NCBI GenBank assembly: GCA_032128875.1
Contig: JAVLKG010000002.1
Coordinates: forward strand, 928,001 to 992,000
DNA length: 64,000 nt
Direction of reading: 5' to 3'
From: Candidatus Melainabacteria bacterium 17Bon1m
GTDB taxonomy: Bacteria > Cyanobacteriota > Vampirovibrionia > Obscuribacterales > Obscuribacteraceae
Every line of letters starts with the position of its first letter. Within the stretch, counting starts at the first letter, position 1. The translations under genes and the position numbers were made by a program. The notes under the pieces were generated by a model that was not told where the DNA came from, searched no databases, and worked only from the letters and a program-made list of their open reading frames with translations. Below are positions 57,821-64,000 of this stretch, piece after piece.

Positions 57821-58594
57821 TTAGGCTTTTCGATGCCGTACTGTTTCCGCAATTAGAGCAGCACCGCCAGTGACGAGAATCATGAGCGTGCTCAACGCAT
57901 TGATCTCAGGGCTGACACCGAATTTGACCATGCTGAAGATGCGCAAGGGCAGTGTAGTGCTGCCTACCCCGGCTGTAAATTGCGTGATAACAAAATCATC
58001 GAGTGAAAGCACAAAAGCAAGAAGCGCGCCGGCAATAATACCGGGTGCCAATAAAGGAAGTGTGACTCTAAAAAACGCCGTAACAGGCGACGCGCCCAGG
58101 TCTTGGGCTGCTTCTTCAAGGCGCGGGTCAAGCCCCTCCATGCGTCCCATCACTGTCAGGGTTACATAGGCAACACAAAACACGATATGAGAGACGACAA
58201 CCGTTGCAAGACCAAGCGGCACGCCTATAGCAATGAAAAGAATCAGTGCAGCGACGGCCATTGCAATTTCTGGAATGATGATAGGCAAAAGCAATAGACC
58301 GCGATAAGCGCCTTTCCCTTTGAAGTGAAGACGCGTCAAACCGACCGCAGCCATCGTACCCATGACAGTCGAGAAGAGAACGGCAAGCACCGCGACGATG
58401 AGGCTGTTCGCCAGCGCTAGACCGATATCCTCGTTATGAAAAAGCCTGGTGTACCAGTCGAAAGTAAATCCGGTGAATCTTACTGCCAGCCGTGATTGTT
58501 CGAAGCTAAAGGCAATCAAAACAAGTATCGGAATGTACATGAAGGCGTAGATGCCCAAAGCGTACAAATGCAGCCATATTGGCTTGGCTAGCAT
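57821..58594 (-). CDS. potC: Spermidine/putrescine ABC transporter permease
   Basis: FMYIPILVLIAFSF, LEEAAQDLGA (EAA motif), LSLDDFVIT, SPEINAL. Confidence 0.88.
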   Translation of the reverse strand: MLAKPIWLHLYALGIYAFMYIPILVLIAFSFEQSRLAVRFTGFTFDWYTRLFHNEDIGLALANSLIVAVLAVLFSTVMGTMAAVGLTRLHFKGKGAYRGLLLLPIIIPEIAMAVAALILFIAIGVPLGLATVVVSHIVFCVAYVTLTVMGRMEGLDPRLEEAAQDLGASPVTAFFRVTLPLLAPGIIAGALLAFVLSLDDFVITQFTAGVGSTTLPLRIFSMVKFGVSPEINALSTLMILVTGGAALIAETVRHRKA

Positions 58595-58596
58595 TG

Positions 58597-60354
58597 CTAG
58601 TTCAACTCCTTCAACTGGCCTTGCATTGATTTTAATGGCATCATGTCCCCCCGCTTCGAGGCTACTTCAATTCCCTTTTGTAGAATTGCGGCTGCCTCTG
58701 ATTTTCTGTCCAAAGCTGCAAAGGCTTTCGCTAGATCTACGTAAGCAACAGTATGAGTGGGTTTTACCTCGATGGCTTTTTGCAAATACGGTAAAGATTT
58801 CTCGAAGTCTTCCAGAGTGACGAGGCAATTTCCCATGCCGCTATTAGCAAGCAAGTCATCCGGATCTATCTCGAGCACTTGGGAAAACATATCCATTCGC
58901 CCTACCGCTTCTTCTTTAAGGCGCTTTTTCTCTTCTTCTTCCTGCCGTTCACGAGTGGCTTCTTTTGCCGCCATGCGCATCCGAATGCTCATTGATATAG
59001 CCTTTTCTTCTTCAGCTTTTTCGATCTGCTCCTGCTGCATGTAAAAAACTGAAAGATTTGCGTGTGCCATAACCGAGTCTGCATTTAAATCAACCAGAGC
59101 TTTCATCAAAGCTACTGCTTCATCAAGTCTATTTCTGCGAGAAAGAATCACGCCCAATGCTTCATACGCATCTTCCATCGCCGGAGCCAGCATAAGCGCC
59201 TCTCGCAACAGCGTCTCGGCATAAGATGTTTCATCCTCATCACTTTCTTTGGCGAAAGACTCAAGCGCTTCTTCATATAATTGTCTTGCTCTTTGTTCCG
59301 CGCTTGGCGGTGCAATAAACGGCAAAAGCGCAATTTCGACTTCGAATGGCTTGCCGTCAATGCTCACGGCTAGTTGTTTTCCGACAACCCTGTATTCTCG
59401 TTTTACATAAGCCAGGGCAACATATTTATCCAGGCTCGGCGAGAAACAATTTGATTGAATCCAACCAATCGTTTGCGAATCATGCAAAATTTCGCTGTTT
59501 ATGGCAAACGGTTTTTGTGATCGGTTGCCTTCAAAGCTCGTGAAAACAAGTCCCACAAGTCCTCTTGAAGGCGCTCCATGAGACTTCACTCGAGCCAAAA
59601 CTTCTTGACCCAGAAAACATCCCTTCGTGTAACTGACATGAGAGTGGTCGAGACCTGTCTCCGGCATCAAATTTTCTTCAGTTAGATCGACTCCGAAAGA
59701 AACCATTCCGGCTTCGATTCGCGCGGCGTCGACGCCCTTTTCATCAAGCTCTACAACATCAATGGTTGTGGCAGTCTTTTGTAACTGTTGCCAGAATTTT
59801 TCGCTGTTTTTCTCTTCAACAAAAATCACATAGCCTTCTTCTCCTGTTAGAGATCTGGAGAAGACTATAGATTTGAAGCCGAATAAATCTATCTGGCAAA
59901 CAGGTAAAGCCAGATCATTGGCTGTTTTCGCCCCGGCTTGCATGATGAGCTTTCGGGCTCGCGGTCCTTGAACTGCAAACAATTTTCCAGTCAGTCTCTC
60001 GAATTCGACTTTGTCTGCAAAACGGAAAGTATCGAGCTGATTAACGACTTTTTCGCACTGGTTGTTTGAAATCAGTAGAAAGTATTTTTCGTTATGACGA
60101 AACACATCGAAGAGCGATATCACATGAGCTTTGCGGTCCAGCAGCGCGCTCATCTGACCGTCAAACTCTTTCATGCCCTTCACGTCATTTGTGGTTTGAG
60201 AATGAAGGAATCTTTCTGCATCCTTACCGCTCACTTCGACTATCGCATAGTCAGGCAATGCAAAGATTGCCCCTGTGGTTCGCAGTCCTTTATTCGGCGA
60301 CGCTTTGATTGTCTTAGAGTCTGTTTGTGCTGCCACTGTGGTATTTCTCGTCAA
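58597..60354 (-). CDS. ygfZ: YgfZ/GcvT-family folate-binding protein fused to a C-terminal TPR domain
   Basis: GKDAERFLHSQTTND, SYTKGCFLGQEV (YgfZ KGC[Y/F]xGQE motif), then ~230 aa of TPRs. Confidence 0.85.
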   Translation of the reverse strand: MTRNTTVAAQTDSKTIKASPNKGLRTTGAIFALPDYAIVEVSGKDAERFLHSQTTNDVKGMKEFDGQMSALLDRKAHVISLFDVFRHNEKYFLLISNNQCEKVVNQLDTFRFADKVEFERLTGKLFAVQGPRARKLIMQAGAKTANDLALPVCQIDLFGFKSIVFSRSLTGEEGYVIFVEEKNSEKFWQQLQKTATTIDVVELDEKGVDAARIEAGMVSFGVDLTEENLMPETGLDHSHVSYTKGCFLGQEVLARVKSHGAPSRGLVGLVFTSFEGNRSQKPFAINSEILHDSQTIGWIQSNCFSPSLDKYVALAYVKREYRVVGKQLAVSIDGKPFEVEIALLPFIAPPSAEQRARQLYEEALESFAKESDEDETSYAETLLREALMLAPAMEDAYEALGVILSRRNRLDEAVALMKALVDLNADSVMAHANLSVFYMQQEQIEKAEEEKAISMSIRMRMAAKEATRERQEEEEKKRLKEEAVGRMDMFSQVLEIDPDDLLANSGMGNCLVTLEDFEKSLPYLQKAIEVKPTHTVAYVDLAKAFAALDRKSEAAAILQKGIEVASKRGDMMPLKSMQGQLKELN

Positions 60355-60430
60355 GAGAGCTCTATATCCTTATGCAAGATCGATAAGCATAAGGCAATGA
60401 GCTCCGCTTAGCAAAACCAGGTAATAAAAA

Positions 60431-60461
60431 TCCGGTCTCCAGTGAATGCCAGGAGACCGGA
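60431..60461 (-). terminator. Intrinsic terminator after iscA/erpA
   Basis: TCCGGTCTCC-N11-GGAGACCGGA stem followed by TTTTT on the minus strand. Confidence 0.8.
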
Positions 60462-60480
60462 CCAATAATTTGTTGCTGGA

Positions 60481-60828
60481 CTAAACGCTAAAGGACGAAC
60501 CGCAGCCACAGCTGCCTTTGGCTTGCGGATTCTTGATTACAAAGCCGCGACCTTCCAGTCCGCTTTGATAGTCCAGAACCGTTCCTTTCAGGTAGATCGA
60601 GCTTTTCGGGTCTACAAAGACCTTAACGCCATGCATCTCGATGACGTTGTCTTTTTCAGCAGCATTATCAAAACTCATGCCGTAAGACATACCGGAGCAT
60701 CCGCCGCCTCGGATCTCGAGTCTGAGACCGGAATTGCCAGGCTCCTTTTCCAGAAGCGCTTTTACTTCCTGCGCAGCCGCCTCGGTGATGGTCACAATGG
60801 CTGGAGCTGTCGCTGTTTGTTCTGTCAT
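60481..60828 (-). CDS. iscA: A-type Fe-S carrier protein (IscA/ErpA/SufA)
   Basis: GGGCSGMSY, VDPKS, NPQAKGSCGCGSSF. Confidence 0.93.
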   Translation of the reverse strand: MTEQTATAPAIVTITEAAAQEVKALLEKEPGNSGLRLEIRGGGCSGMSYGMSFDNAAEKDNVIEMHGVKVFVDPKSSIYLKGTVLDYQSGLEGRGFVIKNPQAKGSCGCGSSFSV

Positions 60829-60997
60829 AGTCAGATTCCTCAAGATTTCTACTTTCGTTGTAATGCTAGGAAAGCAAGGGATTGCAAGGACGCATTTTTA
60901 CGGGGCCGGCGGCATAGGGAGCCGCCACCGTCAATCTATCACATGACAACAAAAATGGACCGTCAGGTAACGATATCTTAGGGTTCTGGAAGATAAG

Positions 60998-61567
60998 TTA
61001 TTGGAAATTGTCGAACATGATCTGCCCGAGTTCGCTTATCGTCGTAAACGACTCTTTCACCACATCCATGTCCAGAGAATTGAAGTTTTGAGGTACTGAC
61101 AGCGAAATGCCGGCATCAGTTCGGATTACGAGTTCACTGAATTTAGCGTAATGCTCCAGTTTAAGCACCTTTTCAAGGACGCCTGGGTAGTGGACAAATC
61201 TTTCAGCCAATTCTCTGCTGTTGTAAGAAACGAGGAAATTGGACTTGATACGCGGCTCGTCGATTGGTTGTCCTTTAGATTCGAGCAGAAGCAAGCGCGC
61301 AAAAATTGAGTACAAACCTCTGGTCATGCGGGGATAGAAGGTCATGTTGAGAGCATCGGGGTCCATTGGTTTTGGACCATCGCTCAGATCGCCAATTTCT
61401 AGAAAGAATGTGACACCAAATGGAAAACCCGCTCTGAAGGCTTCCAGCGTAAGCGGAAAACCCAACAGGCTGCCTTTTATGCAAACTTCTACTCGGTCGG
61501 AATCATCGACTATTCGCCCCTCAATAAGGTTGGCGACTGCCTCCAATTTCCAAGTTTGCACGCCCAT
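60998..61567 (-). CDS. Hypothetical protein
   Basis: 189-aa ORF co-oriented with its neighbours. Confidence 0.65.
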   Translation of the reverse strand: MGVQTWKLEAVANLIEGRIVDDSDRVEVCIKGSLLGFPLTLEAFRAGFPFGVTFFLEIGDLSDGPKPMDPDALNMTFYPRMTRGLYSIFARLLLLESKGQPIDEPRIKSNFLVSYNSRELAERFVHYPGVLEKVLKLEHYAKFSELVIRTDAGISLSVPQNFNSLDMDVVKESFTTISELGQIMFDNFQ

Positions 61568-61595
61568 TTTTTAGTATACCGAGGAGCTTCTAGTG

Positions 61596-62681
61596 CTATT
61601 TCCAAGCGTCATTGTTAGTCTGCGAGCCGCTGTCCGTTGACCCGCCGTCTGCCGGACTCGGTTTGAGATCTTCACTTGATCCGGGTGGTTGCACGAACAT
61701 CTCCACCTTCTTCTCTTCTTTGGGTTTGCGCTTAAACAGTGGGAAGCGCGGTTTTGCCGCTCCTGAATCAGAGGTAGTTTTATCTGCTGTCGACTTATCT
61801 GCGGCCTGTTTTTTCTCTACTGCAGCGACTGTGCTGTCACCGGTTTTCTTGGTTGTCGTGCCGGTTTCCTTTGCCGGAGGCACTACAGACATTTCAACTT
61901 CTCTGGATGTTGCTTCGCGTGTGAATTCTGTTTCTTGCTCTTTGAGCATCTTTTGCGCGTCTCTTACAAAGTCAGAGTTGGGCGCCATTTCCAACGATTT
62001 TTTCAAGAACACTTGTGATTGAGCTAAGTGTTTTGTCTTGTGTAAAATTCCGCCGATTCTGTAATACGCATCGGGCATCGACTTCTTCGGATCGGCCTCA
62101 ATAGCCTTCATGTACTCAGCCAGCGCAGCCTTTTCGTCCTTTTCGCTTTCCAGGGCGTTGCCCATGTTGTAATAGGCGGAGGCAAAACTTGGATCGATTT
62201 CCACCGCCTTGGCCCATTTGTCTTTGGCTTCGGCAGCTTTTCCACGGGCATAGAGTGCGTTGCCCAGACCGTTTAGGGTCGTCGGCTTGTCCGGCTTTAG
62301 CGCCAGTGCTTTGTTAAAAGCTTCTGCCGCCTTCTCATAGCTTTTTTGAGCCAGATAGACGGCCCCCAGGTTGCTGTAGGCTTCAGCCAGGCGACCATCA
62401 GCCAATATGGCTGCCTTATATTCTTGGATGGCTTGGTTAAGCGACCCATTTTGATGAAACTCGACGCCGCGGTTGTAGTGTTTTACGGCATCTTCAGCGT
62501 ATTGCTTTTTCTTCGGCTTTTCTGCAGGAGCGTCGCCTTCGGCCTCACCTTCTGCAACCGACAAAGAATGCAGAGCTGTAAAATTCACTGCCAGAGCTGG
62601 GTTTGCAGTCCATAGGAGCAGACCAGACAAGCAAGAAACTAGCAAAACTATCTCAGGTACTGGTTTACGATGATCCGTCAC
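61596..62681 (-). CDS. Secreted TPR protein with disordered C-terminal tail
   Basis: Signal peptide (NPALA); TPRs HYNRGV, AYSNLG, LNGLGN, AYYNMGN, AYYRIG. Confidence 0.85.
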   Translation of the reverse strand: MTDHRKPVPEIVLLVSCLSGLLLWTANPALAVNFTALHSLSVAEGEAEGDAPAEKPKKKQYAEDAVKHYNRGVEFHQNGSLNQAIQEYKAAILADGRLAEAYSNLGAVYLAQKSYEKAAEAFNKALALKPDKPTTLNGLGNALYARGKAAEAKDKWAKAVEIDPSFASAYYNMGNALESEKDEKAALAEYMKAIEADPKKSMPDAYYRIGGILHKTKHLAQSQVFLKKSLEMAPNSDFVRDAQKMLKEQETEFTREATSREVEMSVVPPAKETGTTTKKTGDSTVAAVEKKQAADKSTADKTTSDSGAAKPRFPLFKRKPKEEKKVEMFVQPPGSSEDLKPSPADGGSTDSGSQTNNDAWK

Positions 62682-62911
62682 AACGATTTAGATCCGGTTA
62701 ATTCAAGTCCACTGAGCCCGTACAGTGCAGGCACTGGGTTCCTATTATATCTCCAATGGCGAAAGCAACCTTGCTGCCTCCGGAAGCTTGATAAGGTTTG
62801 AAAGAATCAATTCAAATTGCCGCAGGCCGAGGCGCTTGAGCGACGCTCAGACGTGCCTGAAATACTGCATACCTCGGGAGGATATCCAAAGGACATCGTG
62901 AACTTGAACTG

Positions 62912-63367
62912 TCAAGCGGATGTCTTTTTTCTGTCAATGAGGCTCTTAACGAGTGCTCGTAAACCCAAGAAGTAAGAGTCGGCACCAAATCCGGTGATGA
63001 CACCAATGGCAATATCAGACAAATAGGTCTTATGTCTGAATTCTTCTCTTGCGTAAATATTGGAGCAGTGTACTTCGACACAAGGTAAAGAAACGCCGAG
63101 AATAGCGTCTCTGAGCGCAATTGAAGTATGTCCGTAAGCAGCCGGATTGATCAGCAGTCCATCCACCTTTTCCGCGCCGGCCTTGTGAATTTCTTCAATC
63201 AAAACCGATTCGCTGTTTGACTGGAGAAACGTAATTTCGACAGAAAGTTCTTTGGCGATTTTTTCCAATCCGTTATTGATGTCGGCAAGCGTCGACGAGC
63301 CATAGATGGACTTTTCGCGTGTGCCGAAAAGATTGAGATTGGGCCCGTGCAGTACGAGTACTTTCAA
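62912..63367 (-). CDS. aroQ: Type II 3-dehydroquinate dehydratase
   Basis: [43 protein letters not shown]. Confidence 0.96.
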   Translation of the reverse strand: MKVLVLHGPNLNLFGTREKSIYGSSTLADINNGLEKIAKELSVEITFLQSNSESVLIEEIHKAGAEKVDGLLINPAAYGHTSIALRDAILGVSLPCVEVHCSNIYAREEFRHKTYLSDIAIGVITGFGADSYFLGLRALVKSLIDRKKTSA

Positions 63368-63387
63368 TATAAACCTTAGTCTAAAAC

Positions 63388-64000
63388 TTAGTCTTGGTCT
63401 TCATCCATGCCGTCGAGCGAGCACAAAGAAGCGTTCAAGAACGGATCGTTGCGCTGAAGAATCTGCTCGGAGCGAATCAGTCCGATTATCTGTGCCAGCA
63501 AGTCGCGCGCCAGGAGCAGTTCGCTGCCATGTTCGACGGATTTTGGTACGACAAACATCGTAGAGGCAAGAAGCATGCGAGCTTCTACCGGACCCACATC
63601 TTGAGACTGCAAAATTTCTGCCAGAAGCTGCGGCTCCACTTTGTTTTCGAATACGATTGATTTGCAATAGGTCAAAATTGAAGGCTTCAAGCCCTTGCTG
63701 CGATCGCCGGGCAATGAGGCTGCAGCTCTAATCAGATTTACTTTGTTGGACACATCACCGAGCGACTCGGCGCTGTCTACCAGGTTGCGGACCTGGTTGG
63801 CTTTGGTATTGAACTGACGTCTCAATTCGTTCTCAGCAACTTGAGCCACTGGCTTTGTCGCATTGTCATAGCGTTTGTCATAGAAGTCCTGGACTTGCTG
63901 ACGTTTTAACTCAACGCCGTATGGCATCAGTTCGATAAAAATCGACTCCAGCCCTTCCAGCTGAGACTGCAGATACATCAATTCGTCCTGGGAAACTGCG
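63388..64000 (-). CDS. Hypothetical helical protein, 3' part (start lies beyond the window end)
   Basis: The frame stays open to the window edge (...[16 protein letters not shown]...). Confidence 0.7.
   Translation of the reverse strand, partial: AVSQDELMYLQSQLEGLESIFIELMPYGVELKRQQVQDFYDKRYDNATKPVAQVAENELRRQFNTKANQVRNLVDSAESLGDVSNKVNLIRAAASLPGDRSKGLKPSILTYCKSIVFENKVEPQLLAEILQSQDVGPVEARMLLASTMFVVPKSVEHGSELLLARDLLAQIIGLIRSEQILQRNDPFLNASLCSLDGMDEDQD

Noticed and set aside
1-64000. CRISPR arrays, tRNA/rRNA genes, IS elements
   Set aside because: No regularly spaced direct repeats, cloverleaf/T-loop signatures, rRNA-like tracts or transposase motifs were seen by eye.

Overview
A 64-kb gene-dense bacterial chromosome segment. 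I found no rRNA, tRNA, CRISPR array, integrase or transposase. Housekeeping genes are scattered as orphans or short operons: ilvE (partial), alaS, NAD kinase, murT, deoC, carB, xfp-ackA, mutS2, suhB, ileS, potC, ygfZ-like, iscA/erpA and aroQ. Between them lie many TPR proteins and four Hanks-type Ser/Thr kinases. This mix, with cyanobacteria-like core genes but no photosynthesis genes in the window, suggests a non-photosynthetic cyanobacterial relative such as Vampirovibrionia/Melainabacteria, possibly Obscuribacterales (inference, not tested). Main candidates for novelty: (1) two tandem giant proteins (~1800 and 1016 aa) sharing an MVExNQ N-terminus, TPR-like repeats split by coiled coils and long Gly/Ala-rich hydrophobic C-terminal regions, followed by a GT2 + GT-C glycosylation pair; (2) an unannotated promoter / 23-codon ORF / hairpin unit between deoC and carB; (3) two ~170-180-nt structured intergenic RNAs, upstream of ileS (6S-like or attenuator) and upstream of the NAD kinase; (4) a HExxH metallopeptidase coupled to an immunity-like gene; (5) a mutS2 lacking a canonical start codon; (6) a possible kinase/pseudokinase pair. 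All family calls come from motif recognition by eye, and RNA pairings were derived by hand.
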